This document shows, one piece after another, positions 11,243 to 24,539 of a DNA stretch of 64,000 bases. The notes below the pieces were generated by a model. The model searched no databases and was not told the origin of the DNA. It worked only from the letters and a program-made list of their open reading frames with translations. The position numbers and the translations under genes were made by a program. This DNA comes from Takakia lepidozioides (Eukaryota > Plantae > Bryophyta), in contig CM060732.1 in assembly GCA_030704615.1 (NCBI GenBank), positions 59,272,001 through 59,336,000 on the forward strand. Direction: 5' to 3'. The first letter of the stretch is position 1. Each line of letters opens with the position of its first letter.

Positions 11243-11794
11243 TTACCCCTTCCCCCTCAAAAGCCGTGTCCTCACGGTTTACTGTTTTCGAGTAGCAAAC
11301 CTTTGTGAGTGATCACTTTGTTGACGTTGAGAGTTTCGTGGTGGGCTGTGTGTACGAGCCCGAGGTCTGTCTCTGGTTGATGGAGAGATTACTACCTCTT
11401 GCGCTCAATTTCCCTCCATTTTCTTGATCATTTTTCTGGTTTTCTATTGGCTGTGGCCCGCTGTGACTGGATTTTAAACTTTTATCTTCTTTAGTGGACT
11501 TTCCTTGTTGGATAGTCCACTAGGATCACACACATGCGACATGAATTCGGCTTTTCTGTACTTGCCGTTCGTTCTGTTTCCTTTTTCCGTAATCATTAAT
11601 GGGTCCGCCTTTCATCCCTTTTGACGGCCGTTCTTGTCCTCTTTCTTTTTGACACCTGTCCTTGCACTTCATTCTCTGCTGTGTGTCGCCACCTGACCTC
11701 CACGTGTCTATTTTTAAATTAATTTCCGTTTTCTTCCTTCAGCCATTTACTGAAGTTTTATGTGTCCACTTGTCACTGATTCTATGGATCGTGT

Positions 11795-12085
11795 AAAGGC
11801 TGTCTTGAGCTGTGATAGGCTGTGTTGACTGTGGTAAGCTGTGATAGGCTGTGACACGCTGCGGTAGGTTGTGATAGGCTGTAGGCTGTGTGTCACGCCT
11901 TGCTGGGCTGTGTGACACGCCTGTGTCACGTGATGGGCTGTGATAGGCTGTGTCACGCCGTGGGCTGTGATAGCGCCTTGCCTGTCACGTCGTGGCTGTG
12001 GCTGTGAGGCACTGTGTCACGTCGTGATGGGCTGTGATAGGGTGTGTCACGCCTTGATGGGCTGTGATAGGCTGTGTCACGTTTG
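11795..12085. repeat. Tandem ~30-bp GGCTGTGTCACG/GGCTGTGATA repeats downstream of integrase
   Basis: Directly visible; cleaner homologous array at 49060-49352. Confidence 0.85.
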
Positions 12086-13356
12086 TTTTGCCCACCCGGT
12101 CATATATACTGGGCCTAGCGACAAATGTTCCATACTCCGTTCGTTCGTAACATGGTGCAGCCCGTGACTGCTCTTGCGGTTCAACATGCAAATCATGTTG
12201 CAGGGGTTTGTCATGGATACCACTATACCCCTTCAACTTATTTGCATTGACTCTTCCCAGCATTTCCTTGTTAATGGTTTGTAACATGGCTGTGTTGTTA
12301 TCATACATCTTTTGTATGACATAAGGTCCTTTCCATGGTGATTTAAGCTTAGAAGCTTGAATCTTTCCTTTCTTCTGCAACCATAAAACCAAATCCCCCG
12401 TCTTAAAAGTCTTTAATTTGCCTTTATCAAACTGTTCCTTTCGCTTCATCTGAATTCTGGTCATATTATCAGCTGCATCAGCACGTACTTCTTCCACATG
12501 GTATAATTCATGTTTCCTGACCTTGATGGAGTCTTGCAATTCCATTCTTTTTCCCCACTGTTCTCATGGTAGGTAACAGGAATTCCACTGGAAGTAAGGC
12601 TTCCATACCATAAACTAATTGGAATGGTGTATACTTAGTGGTGACTTTATATGAAGTCCTGTATGACCACAAAGCTGTCAGCAGCTTTGTATCCCAATCC
12701 GTTCTGTTTGCATTGACTATCTTAGCCAAGATAGTACATAGTATTTTGTTGGTAGCCTCTGCCTGTCCATTACCCTGTGGGTAATATGTTGTACTCTTTC
12801 TATGCACAATCATAAACTCTTTAGTCAATAACTCAATGGTCTCATTCATGAAGTGACTTCCTTGATCACTGATAAATTCTAAGGGACATCCAAATCGTGT
12901 AAGTATGTTCTCGTACAGGAACCTTGCTGTGGACTTGGCTGTGTTGTCCCTCAAAGCTTTAGCTTCCACCCACTTTGTAGTATAATCAGTGGCTGTAATT
13001 ATGTACCTGTTTCGTGTATTCTTGGATGGTGGATTAATTGGTCCAACAAAGTCTAGTCCCCATTTCTGAAATGGTTCCGTAGGCATTGTAGGATGCAAGG
13101 CCATTCTTCCAGATCTCTGCAAAGGTCCTAGCCTCTGACATTCATCACACTTCTGACAATACTCATGTACATCTTTGAACAACGTAGGCCACCAGTATCC
13201 TGCGAGTAGTATCTTTCTACTGGTAGTCTCTTCTCCAAAATGACCTCCAGCCACTCCTTTATGAACTTCCTCCAAGACTTTATTTACTTCATGGTGGTAC
13301 AAGCATCGTTTTAGTACTCCATCAGGTCCTAACTTATACATTCTGCTTCCTACCAT
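11985..13356 (-). pseudogene. Integrase (HHCC, DDE core, GPY module), frameshifted
   Basis: HKGVAGGH...CDECQR; WGLDFVGP, SDQGSHF, GQAEATNK; PWKGPY in 11985-12545. Confidence 0.95.
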
Positions 13357-14900
13357 AGTATAAGGTAAAGCTTGATAGCAATTCTTCCTTGCTCCTTACC
13401 ATAACTAGGTGGGCACTGACCATGAGCAAGGTAGTATCTGATTGGCCACTGCCAATCTAACCATTCATCTGCACTTCCTTGCACCTCCATTACAAATAAA
13501 CTCGCATCAGGTAACTGATCGTCCACTCCTGTGGCGGCCTCTCCTGTTGTTAGTCGTGACAAATGATCTGCCACAAGATGCAAACGGCCAGGCTTGTAAA
13601 TAACCTCGAACTCAAACTCATGCAAGATTATTAACCACCTCGCTATCCTTCCACTTATCAAAGGTTTGTTCACCAGATATATCAGAGCCTGGTGTGATCC
13701 ACATAAAACATAAACTTTCTTCCAATAGGTAATGCCTGAATTTCTTCACTGCATAGATCATTGCCAATGCTTCTCTTTCCGTTGTGCTATAGTTCCTCTC
13801 AGCACTTTCATCAACCGGCTAGCATAGTACACAGGTGAATCTATATTCCCTGTAACATTCTGGGCTAACACCGCTCCCAACGCTTCTCCTGATGCATCGC
13901 AGTGAACATGAAATACTACATGCCAGTGAGGGTTAATCAGCACAGGTGTAGTTGTTACTGACAGTGTAAGTTCCTCAAACGCCTGTTGACATTCAGCTGT
14001 CCATGCAAACACTGCATCTTTCTTCAGAAGCTTGCTCAATGGTGCTGCTATTTGTGCATACCTTTTGACAAATCTTCTGTAATAACTGGTTTGCCCAAGG
14101 AATCTCCTTAAACTCTTAACATTCACTGGTGGTGGAGAGACTTTAATGGACTCTGTCTTCCTGGGATCCACAAGAAGTCCCTTCTTACACACTATGTGTC
14201 CCAGAAGCACCCCTGAGTTCACACAGAAAGTACACTTCTCTGGATTCAAGCCCAGACCTCTCATCCTGCATCTGGCCAGGCATAACTCCAATTATGCAAG
14301 TGCTCATTCTTAGAGCTGTACACACTGAAATCATCCAAAAAACACCTGCATGAAATCATCCAGATACTCTTGAAAAGATCACTTATCACTCTCTGAAAGG
14401 TCGCTGGTGCATTACAAAGTCCAAAGGGCATGACTTTGTATGCATAAGCCCCCAGTCTGTGATGAAAGCTGTTTTCCCTTGGTCTCTTCTGCCACTTGCA
14501 CTTGATTATAACCACTGAAGCCATCCATGAATGAGTACATCTCATGGCCTGCCACAGTGTCTAATACTGCTTCTGTGAATGGCAAAGGGAAAGGATCTTT
14601 CTTCGTACAAGCATTCAGCTTTATAGTTCACACATACTCTTAGTTTGCCATTCTTCTTGGAACTATAACAATGGGTGACAACCAAGTTGTATACTCTATT
14701 GGGTATATAAACTTAGCCTCAGCCAACTTCTTTATCTCTTCTCCAACCTTCTGTGCGTAGTTGGGATTCATTCTATACCTCGCCTGCTTGATTGGTACTG
14801 ACCCTGGTTCCAGTTCAATTTTATGCTGACAGACTTCAGGTGGTATCCCTTTTAGATCCTCATAGCTCCAAGCAAATACATCTCTGTATTTGATGAACAA
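13350..14900 (-). pseudogene. Reverse transcriptase and RNase H, frameshifted
   Basis: DVFAWSYEDLKGI, MPFGLCNAPATFQR, FLDDF, HCDASGEALGAVLAQ, ARWLIILHEFEF. Confidence 0.95.
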
Positions 14901-15403
14901 GCTTTAGCTTCTTCGAAGAATTCCGGCTCCAAATCAGCTCCTACTTTCACCATCCTGGTTCCTCCGAGTTCCCACATTTACTTCTCTCACCTGCTCATCA
15001 GCTGTGATTGTCCAACCAGTCACCACTTCATCCTGTAAGCTCACAGTGGCTGGTTCTTCTAGGATTTCTATTTCTCCTTCTCTTTCTTCATAGAAATGTG
15101 ATGGGTAAATGCTGGTTTCTTCTTCCGTTGGTGTTGCTGTCACTACACCACAGCAGATACCTCTCAAACAACTTAGGCTTTCCAGCCGCATCTCTGCAAC
15201 CTGCTCCCACTCTGGGTGTGCAGCAAATAGGGTAGCTTCCTGCTCCTCATCCAGTCCTCCCCTCCAGTCATACTCTCTGACTCCTCGAGGTCTTCTTGTA
15301 GCAGGTAATCTACTAGATTTCTTTGTGGTAATTTGTATCTCGTGCATCCCATTATGCACAGTTAGTAACTGAGAATTCCAGTCATGGAATACCCTGGCCT
15401 GTT

Positions 15404-15757
15404 TCAGCCACGGACGTCCCAATAATAAGGATAAGCCTCCATGACTTCATCCATTTTTAATACAGTTACTGTGATCATAAAGATCATTTTCTGTATCTGT
15501 ATCTTAACTCCTCTTATTAATCCCAATGGCTGTACACTTCTTTGATCTGCCATTGTTACTGTAAATGGGGCTGGTTTCATGTTACTTAGACCAAGCTTCT
15601 TCCTTAATTGGTCTGTCATGATATTTACTCCAGAACCACCATCTATCAGTACATCAGTTAGTTCTGTGCTTCCAATTCTCAATTGGATTACTGGCATAGA
15701 ATCATCAAAGTCCATGACTGGTTCTCGCCCTTCCGGCTTCACATTATAACTGGTCAC
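15404..15757 (-). pseudogene. Retrotransposon aspartic protease
   Basis: VLIDGGSGVNI catalytic motif; GRPWL continues in the adjacent frame. Confidence 0.9.
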
Positions 15758-15995
15758 CTTGCTGTTCAGGTCTGTGTTTCCTGTTTCTTGGGCAATTCGA
15801 TTGATTGCCTGATACAGCCTGTGCCTACAATAAGGTGCCAGCTAATAGCTGTCCAATGGTAATTTCTGCTTTGGTCTGACATATTACTTCAGCCAAAGTC
15901 TCTTCATTACTTTGCATGTCTGCATCTTTTTTCTCCTTTCTTCCTCACTCTCCTCTTTTTCTCCATCCGAATCAGAGGAATCTGCCACAGGAATA

Positions 15996-18015
15996 TCAGT
16001 ACTTTTGCATTTCCCTTATAGTATCTGCCACTTCCTTGTGCAGTTCCTTCTCATCCTTCCAAGTCTCTTCATCTTCAGGCATATCATTGCCACTTCCAGT
16101 CTCATCTTCTTCCTCTTCTACTGGAGGTATTAGTTTGGCTTTACTTCTTGTTACTATCATTGTACTTACTTCTGGTACAACACATGGCCTAACCATGTGA
16201 GCTGCCACCACTGGGCCCTCATTCACAGGAGCTCTCATCTCATTCTGGTGTCTTATCCAGAATGAACAGGCTGCCTTGCGATGTCCTGGCTGATTACAAT
16301 AGTAACATAGCTCTTCCATTGGGTCCTCGCCTGGTCTGTCTTGGATTATTTCTATAATCCTGATTCCCGGGCTGGTAATTCCCCCTTGGATTACCCTGAT
16401 AGTTGCCTCTGGAATTTCCTTGGTAATTCCCTCTTGAATTACCTCTCCCTTCCATGCCATTGTTATAACCACCAGACCTACCATAGTGGTCCTGATCATT
16501 GTTCTTCTTGGCTGGGGCTGCACCTGATGCACCCTACTTGCCTAGGTTCTCTGCAGCTGTCCTTCTGTTGTAGTAACAATTCTCAGTAGAATGGTTATCC
16601 ATTTTACAGATAGTACAGTGTTTCTCCTTCATGTGGCATTCTGTGGTGGTATGGCCTTCATTCTGGCACTTTGCACACCATACACCCTTCCTCCAATGTG
16701 TTGCAGCCCTTGTGCATACTTCTTCAAGATTTCTTCCAATCTTTTCATAGTTATCCCTCTTCAACTTTTCCTTTCTCTTACTCTTCTTTTTAGTTCTTGC
16801 TCTTCTTCTTCATCTGACTCATCTTCAGAGTCCTCATCTTCCTTTTTTCTCTCTCCTGAGCATTCCCAATTGCTCAATTCTGTTCGCAGTTTCAAATGCC
16901 TCCTCCACTGTATTATGGGGTAACATATCCACTTTCTTCTGCAACTCTGGTCTTAGTCCACTCACAAACCAAGTCTTCTGTAAACCGGGTGCTGGTACTG
17001 CAGCCAGCTTTTTCATCATCAATTCCATCTTCTCCATATACTCTTCAACAGTTTCATGCTTCTTTGCAGCTGTTGTAAACTTCCATACACTTCATCCTCA
17101 GTTTTACTTGTCCTGAACCTATTTCGAAATGCTGTATTCAAGCCATTCCAGGTTAGGAAATGATTATCAGGGAATCTTGCATACCATTCACTTGCTTTCT
17201 TGATAAGTGAACAAGGAAACAGTCTCATCTTGGCATCATCGCCATTCTCATTGTTCACTATACACATGTGCTCAAATTGGCTAATGTGTACATCGGGATC
17301 CCCTTTTCCTGAATATATTGGAAAGGGTGGTTTTGCCCGTGTTGGTTGTAACGCCATCTGTGGCCCTACCTTCTGCCCACTGACAGGTGCTGGCACCCTT
17401 GCTGGTGCTGGTCCTTCTGGACCTGTTGTTTTTGTGGTGGATCTTCCACCAAGTGGTGGCCCTTGAGCACTCCCTGCTTCTGGCCCCACGATATTCACAG
17501 TATTCCCAGCTTCAGTTGCACTACTTCCCACACTCCCTGTCCCCCCAGAGCCAGATCCAGGCAGCCCGCCTGATCCCCCTGAGCCGACACCTTCGTTGGC
17601 CTGTGATCCAAGTGCTCCACTTGATCCAGGTCCAACGGGTTGGGATGTCCTGGTTGTAGTCTCAACCTCAGCTGTTGGGTCTACTTCTTCATATTCTTCC
17701 TCTTCCAATTTCTTCTCTCTGTTTCATCCTCAAGTTCTGCCCTTGGGTTTCTTCTTCACTCATGTAACTCAACTGTAATGGTGTTGGAGAGTCTGAACTC
17801 TCCGTTGGCTCTGCCACATCCTCATCTCCTTCTTCATCTTCTGCTTCAGAAACTGGAGTTCCTGCTTTTGGTGTTCCATGCCAACTTTTATCAAAGATTT
17901 CTGTCAAATCTTTTATCCAAGGATGTACCTCAGATCTTTCACCTCGTGATTGATCTTCTTCCTGTACCAATTCCCTTAATCTTTCTTGCAAAGAAACAGA
18001 AGGAGTGGCATCCAA
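15996..18015 (-). pseudogene. Gag with three CCHC zinc knuckles, frameshifted
   Basis: YSGKGDPDVHISQF...RLFPCSL..ASEWY; CAKCQNEGHTTTEC, CTICKMDNHSTENC, CYYCNQPGHRKAAC. Confidence 0.9.
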
Positions 18016-18767
18016 CTAGTTCTTCCGGTATAGGTGATGCTTTTGATCTTGATGGTGTGAGAGGTCCAGATGATTCCCCTATGTCTATTCCTCTCTCCAA
18101 AGATATGGATAATTAGCTTTCAGATAGCTTTCTCTTTTTAATGAATATCTTTGTCGTCTAGCTTCTCTTTCATCACTCATGTCCCATGTCTTTCATTTCT
18201 TTTAATGTGGCAATAACCAAAACTCTCTTCTGTAATATCTCTCGTATATGCCTGGATTTCTTTCAAGCTTCAATGCACCCTTGGCTATACTTGAAGTCTC
18301 CGTTACCATATAACCATATGGCAAACAAGTCTGAAAAGCTGTTCTTGGTGTGAGTTTGATCCACAAAATATCCTTTGGAATCCAATTCTTTACCAGTACA
18401 AGCTCTTCATGCATATGAGTATAAACATTCACCTTTCTTTCTTCCCAGCCTTCAAACTCTACTCGTTTAATGGATAGCAATGCTATCACAAAACCAATGT
18501 TGGTAACCAACGTGCTCTTCCTCTACAGGCTACCTGATAAATCTTTATCACTCCTTTCTCCAGACCCATTCTGGATCAGCATCATGCACTCGTTTAAGAA
18601 TATTTTCTTTACATCCGTCTGGCAATTCCAAGAACCTTTGAAAGAATTGTTTGGACAATCTTTCTTCCTTCGTTTCACAGGGAATTTGATTCACTTCAAA
18701 TTCTTTAATGGTCCAACCACCATGATCCCACCAGATGCCTGTCACATCTGGTTGTTCATGTCCCAGT

Positions 18768-18785
18768 TCCCCAGTATGGTCGCCA
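18768..18785 (-). other. Primer-binding site TGGCGACCATACTGGGGA (tRNA-Arg-like)
   Basis: Starts with TGG 2 nt inside the 5' LTR; resembles Arg-type PBS of plant non-chromoviruses (tRNA identity is inference). Confidence 0.75.
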
Positions 18786-18787
18786 AA

Positions 18788-19788
18788 TGTCGCGCGGCTT
18801 TTACTCACCCATCCCTTCGCTATCCGAGGCGGAAACTCCAAGATAGAAGAGTTGGAAATCTCTAAGTACTCAGCCCGCGCAGAACAATCAGTCATGACCT
18901 ACAGCTAGTGTATCATGGGGGTGTTTCCTATTTGTTTCCCTTTTCGCATTCATCTTAGCTACCTTACCATTGATAATTACGTATTAGTTTCCTTCACTCC
19001 TCCATTCAATCCACAGCTTCTCAGATCTCTCTACACAGTGTGATTGTATCGTATAAATATCAGATTATGATTTATCAGGTATCAGGCCGAAGCCATTGTA
19101 TCTCTAATCCTCTACAATATCCCTACGGCTTTGCATCTAACAAGCATCTACTAATCCTCCTTCATCGTGCTCTCCGATCTCCGCTTCCGCCTGACTCCCA
19201 AGTCCTCCCCGAATAATGATCTCATCATAATCCCCGTTCTTCCCTTTATCCTCCTATCCGCGGTTCTAACCGTTTCCCTCTCTAACCGTCGTATGTGAAC
19301 TAACATGTTCCCTTCTCTGGTGTTGTTCCCCACAGTCGTTCCCTGTCCTACTTCGTTCCCTATTATCGTGACAGCTGTGTCAAGCGGTCTGGCTGTGTTT
19401 GGCTGTGCGGGCTGTGACTGGCTGTGTGGGCCTGTGACTGGCTGTGTGGGCGTGTGCTGTGACTGTGACGGGCTGTGTGCTGTGTGGGCGTGACGGTGGG
19501 TGTGTGGGCTCTTGGGCTGTGGGGCGTGTGGGCTGTGTGGGCTGGCTGTGTGGGTGCTGTGGGCGGCTGTGGGCTGTGTGTGGGATGTGTGTGGGCTGTG
19601 TGGGCTGTGTGGGCTGTGTGGGTGTGTCGGTGGGCTGTGTTGCTGGTGTGACGGCTGTGTGGGATGTAACCCCCTTCTACAGTGCTCTGCTGTCACCCCT
19701 AAGGTTCCTGTTGTCTCAGTCTGTGCAAAAATTAAGGGTACCCTACAGATCCCGTATAAGTGTCTAAGTCCCCTACAGTCCTCTAACA
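18788..19788 (-). repeat. 5' LTR of copy 2
   Basis: Near-identical to 10154-11242 outside the internal microsatellite. Confidence 0.95.
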
Positions 19789-19909
19789 AATACCCTGTAC
19801 ATTGTGTCAGAAAATGGGATAGTGTCTTAAGGCCGCCCGCACATTGACAATCTCCCTTCCTTCTGCATCTGTTTTTTTTGTTCGAAGTTAGACTCCCCAC
19901 CTCAGTCAA

Positions 19910-19954
19910 AAGAGAGAGAGAGAGATGTACTCATAAGACGTTGATTGCCGTAGT

Positions 19955-20009
<55 letters not shown>

Positions 20010-20020
20010 GGGGGGGGGGG
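19910..20020. repeat. (GA)n microsatellite followed by a poly-G run
   Basis: Directly visible. Confidence 0.95.
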
Positions 20021-20023
20021 AAC

Positions 20024-20776
20024 TTGCAGCAGAAGTGAATGATGAGCCTTGTTCATTGTGTAAAGGGCACCATTGCCACCCTCAGTGTGGCCAGACAACT
20101 CGGACTTGATTTTGGTTGCCAATACTGGTGTAAATGTGTCTCCAAATTTGGCTTGAACCCATCAGTATTACAGTCCTGTATCATGGGTCAACCAAGAAAT
20201 ATGAGAGCTGGTCATGCAGTTCACCCTCCAACTTATGAATATATCCCCATAATCATCTTAATGCAGGCTGCTTGAGTGTTGATTAAGGGTTAGCCTTGAA
20301 TGTCGTACTAAAAGAAATGAGTTTATTCTGGCACAACTTTGAAGCTCTCGGCCTAAGATGGATATGTCCTCCATGTGGACATGAGATTAAAGGGAAACTA
20401 ATTAACCTTGGCTTGCCCAAGCCTTCCAACCATAGATCTTGCACTGGTTTGAATCAAGTGGGATGTGACAGGTAACGAGTGAAAATGAGAGATTGGGAAA
20501 GTAAGGACCTGTCAAGGTGGATGGCCAAGGTAGGATGTGCAGGATAGGATGCTCCACCTTCACAAGCTCGTGCATAATACCCTTTCCTTTCTCAAAGAGG
20601 ACACGCCCCACCACAAAGAGGTCACGATCAAACCAAGTGTACCACAACCCACCCCATATGTCTGACCTCCCACATTCAAAAAACCTGCTTTGGTTGAAGC
20701 TGACACTGGCTTCAGCTTTGGACAAGGGCTGTCCGTATGTGCCGCAATCACATGAAATCCATTTCCTGCTTGATAT
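20024..20776 (-). pseudogene. Aspartyl aminopeptidase (M18), two exons (20509-20776 and 20024-20175)
   Basis: YQAGNGFHVIAAHTDSPCPKLKP...GGLWYTWFDRDL...TLAIHLDR; NTDGFKPNLETHL...HHSLLLQ; AG/GT boundaries; several 1-bp frameshifts. Confidence 0.85.
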
Positions 20777-21449
20777 CTGCTTGGTGCATCACACAATCCT
20801 CATTGATCTACATATGCCATTCACCAGTCACACAAACATAAATTGATAGGGGGCCCCGACCAGCTGAGAATCTTAAGAGGTGTGGAGGGAAAAATGTGCT
20901 CCTTGGCGGTTCCCTATTTGTAGTAGCTGTGAACAAATCCTTGACAGCATGAGCTACACAGACACCCACATTTACTAAGCTGCTTGTGGTACAAGATCAC
21001 CAGAGTATGAAAACTCAATGTAATTTGTGTTGCTAATAAAATTGTAGTTGGAGGGACTAGGTGTTGATGAACGGTTGGCACTGACATCATAATCAAGAGC
21101 ATAAAGTTGTTTCGACCCACTATTACTGTAGGCCCCTCCCTTACTGCACCAAGGTCACACGGTAGAAAGTAAAGGCAGAAACAGTGAAAAGAGATGAACA
21201 ATAACAAAAGCTTGAAATAATTGAAATGGATGTCCAATTTCACACCATATCAAGAAGACGCCCCTTTGCTTCCTGCTATTGATCAAAATTGGGACGGTAC
21301 TATCCAAAGTGCTCTTATCATAGCAATAAGGCATATATATAAAGCAGAGCCCATTATTCATTGCAGTATTCAGCATGAAATATAGTACCAGCAGAAACAC
21401 TGGCACCCTGTTTTCACCTATTGGTGCAAACCAAACTGTCTCGCCATGC

Positions 21450-22570
21450 CCACTCAATAGGTTCCCCATTGTGACGACGTGTAACTGGGCATTGTGCAAC
21501 ACTCTTTCAAGAGAGTGCCAAGATCTTGTGCTGATGATTCGAGGGGCTTGTACCGCTTGAGGATGCCAGTCCGTCGGCCAACAACCTCCAGCATGCCTAA
21601 ATCCACCTCACCAACAAAATAAATCCTGCTCCACAAATGGCCCTGCTACAATTTCTCTCCTCATACTCTCTTCTTCAGCTGGAGAGACTATTGTGAACCT
21701 GGGTCCAGACACACTCCTCACCACAGCCGCCGAGACGATTGGGAACCACTATTTCCTGACCATCACTATATCCCCCACTGTTTCGGGGTAAGGAGGGCAA
21801 GCGCCTTGCCCCCCATTCCTGGTTTGCACAGATGCTCCCGGGGTTACATATCCTCCAACTCTATGCAACAATATGCCCCCTATTTTGCACTACTATAAGG
21901 AGTGGGATGAAGTTTGTGCATTAGGAGTGCGTGGGTCTGATGTCATTACCAGGCCACCTCTGTGGACTGGTTGCAAGACAACATACTAGTACGGCTGCCT
22001 TGAGAGCCACAGCAGATGATGACGACGACATTGCTATATTGTAGTACTCACCTTGGAAGAAACCTCTTGGCACCATAGAACGTGAATGAAAGAATCGGGG
22101 TTATCTTTGCCTTCCATGTCCATTATGTGGCCCTTCATAAGCCTCATCATTCAAGCTCAACAACCACTGAATCACCAACTCGATATTCTTCCCATTGAGC
22201 ATCAGATGTGAATCCTTGCACTGAACTTTGAAAGATTTGCGAGTTCTCATTAGACATAATGCCAAGGCTGCTCCATATTGCCGCAAGTACAAAACTCGTG
22301 TTTTCCAGGATTGGTGTTGGAAGTGCTTTTCTCTTCGTGGCCTGGCCCTAGTATCACGACACGGCGCCAACAGTGTTGGCGTGATCTTTTTCTGTGATGC
22401 AAGCAGCCCAAATGGCAGCGGTAAACAGGACCCTTTGTGTGAGCCCCCTTGAGCAGTGACCAAGTCGGAAATCCCCTTTTTAAGGTGACACAGATTTAGG
22501 AAAGGCAGCTCAGGTCTTCTTGAACTGGCAGAGGCACTGATTTCATCAGGGTTCAGGTTTCTTTCCTTCA
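21450..22570 (-). pseudogene. Degraded coding remnant, probably the C-terminal part of the CMC transposon at 29800-33014
   Basis: Fragments WEEYRVGDSVVVELE and PPYPE.VGDIVMVR on the same strand as the transposase, separated from it only by the nested Ty3 element. Confidence 0.4.
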
Positions 22571-24539
22571 TCTCATCTCCCCAAATTGGCCATCCCCCCC
22601 ATCAGCCCTTTTCTGAACAGCTCTCTCTCTCATTTCCAAATCCCCTTTTCTTCTCTCTCTCTCTCTTTCTTTTTCCTTTTTCGTCTGTCTGTTCTCTATT
22701 CTCTGTCTATGTCTACAGGCTCCTCAATTCTTTCACAGCAGCACTCTATCATGTAATGAAAATGCACACTCTGCCAAGCATCCAGTGCAGCCCAGTCTTG
22801 AAGTCATCCTCGGTCTCTCAAGACACAACCATTCCTCTTCATCCTCTCCCTCTCCCCTCTCCCTCCCTCTCCCGCGTTGTCCCTTTCTTCTCTGTTCTCT
22901 CTCGCTTTCTCTGTCAAATGTTCAGCCCTTCACACTACCCTTTTTACAAAGAACCCATTGCCCAAACAGCTCTCATCCCTCTTCAGGTTTCAACCAAAAC
23001 CCCAACATCCCTCTTTTCCCTTCAACTGTGTCACGCAATTGTTCATATCCCTGACACCATACTTAGATCACCTTATCCTTTCTAATGTTTTCAACAGTTT
23101 TCCAGCTACCCGCATTTGAGCTCTCCAGGCAAACAAGCTAGATTTACAATTGTTTCAGTGCATCACACTACCCAGGCAGCATTGTGTGCAGGTTTATAAC
23201 ACTGAAACAAGATTCAAGAATGAAGACAACAGTCGACCATCTGATTTCAGTGACAAACAATCTCTCTCTTCTCTCTCTTCAACTCATTTCTCTTACTAAC
23301 ACCACACACAGGTGCAATCCTCCTTCCTGTCGGTTTGAAGTCCGAGTCTCCATTCCATTTCCAAAAAATCTTTTCCTCTATCACATTCTCCACCTTTTCT
23401 CTTCTACCAAGATGCAGTCCTAAATCTACCAAGCATTTGCTAAGTTTCAACAAAAAAACAGGCCAACAGTCCACAGAACTTATCTTTTTTTATCCTCTAG
23501 GGAATCGGTTGGGTCTGCCTGTCAAGGTGGACCCCCTCGCCATCACCGCCTGTAGCACGCAATTCACCTTGTTCTCCTTGTCTTGATTCCAGTCCTTTAT
23601 CCTGCCATGATGGCTCCTCTTCATCCTTGGAACATCCTGTGGCTTGCCCACTAAATTGCTCTATGCCATTCTTCTTACGAATCGACCTGGTCCTATAACA
23701 GAAGACACAAAAGTAGCTAGAAGCTTGAGACAGAGAACGTGAATGCCATACAAGCCAGCACTCCACATGTTTTATCCCCCCCATTGATTGTGCCCAGCCT
23801 CTCTTCCTTGTGCTCCAGCAGCTGGCCTTTTCCTTGCTTGCTCATCCTCTGCCCATAACTGTCATCTTCAGGCAATGGCGGCAGCGGTGGTGTGGCGCCG
23901 CTCTCCTTACATTCTCCTATCCTCCTGGAATTTGATCATCACTCCCTGAAGGCGGCAACGCTTCCCTTTACAACAGAAAATACCCAGCAAGGGCACTTAA
24001 TATGCCCGTTTCCTAAACCAGCAACATCCCACAAGTGTAGGTACAACCTCCCAACACAGGCGCCCTGCCAACACCACTGCTCGCAGCATCTGCTACAGTC
24101 CCACATAGGGTCCCTCCCCATGGAATGTCATGGAAACTTCTATCCCAGGCCTCATCATCATCACCTTAGCTTGTTCTCCATCAGCCTGCAATAAGCTGTG
24201 CCTTGTTTATTTTCCTTCCGTGCATAATTCTTGCCTGCTGCTGGCTGCGCATTTCTTCACATTTTCTTTGTAGCTAGCTTTATCTCTGAGAGGGGGAAGC
24301 TGGATTTTTTTTTTGCTCAATAAGTGTGACCTCTGGCAGATAGAATCCATCAAGCTGTCTGCTGTTGTGAGAAAGTGCAACCTGTTATCGATCCCCAGTC
24401 TTGGAATCCTACCAGTCAGCACTTGAAAAAGGTGAGAATCCTGTTGAAGCATGGAATACCCATTCTGTAACCAAACAAGGCTTTGTATAGGTTTCTGATC
24501 CCACTCAGTTGTCGTTTCCAACTCCCAAGGTGGTGATGC

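Larger units (their letters stand above)
10154..19788 (-). mobile_element. Full-length non-chromovirus Ty3/Gypsy LTR retrotransposon (family A, copy 2; Athila/Phygy/Selgy-like)
   Basis: Two near-identical LTRs, 5-bp TSD AATAC (10149-10153 and 19789-19793), PBS, PPT and gag-PR-RT-RH-INT order on the minus strand. Confidence 0.97.

Noticed and set aside
10799-11295. Cys/Val-rich and His/Pro/Ser-rich ORFs (also 8606-8866, 19151-19909)
   Set aside because: Readings of the LTR microsatellite, not metallothionein or extensin genes
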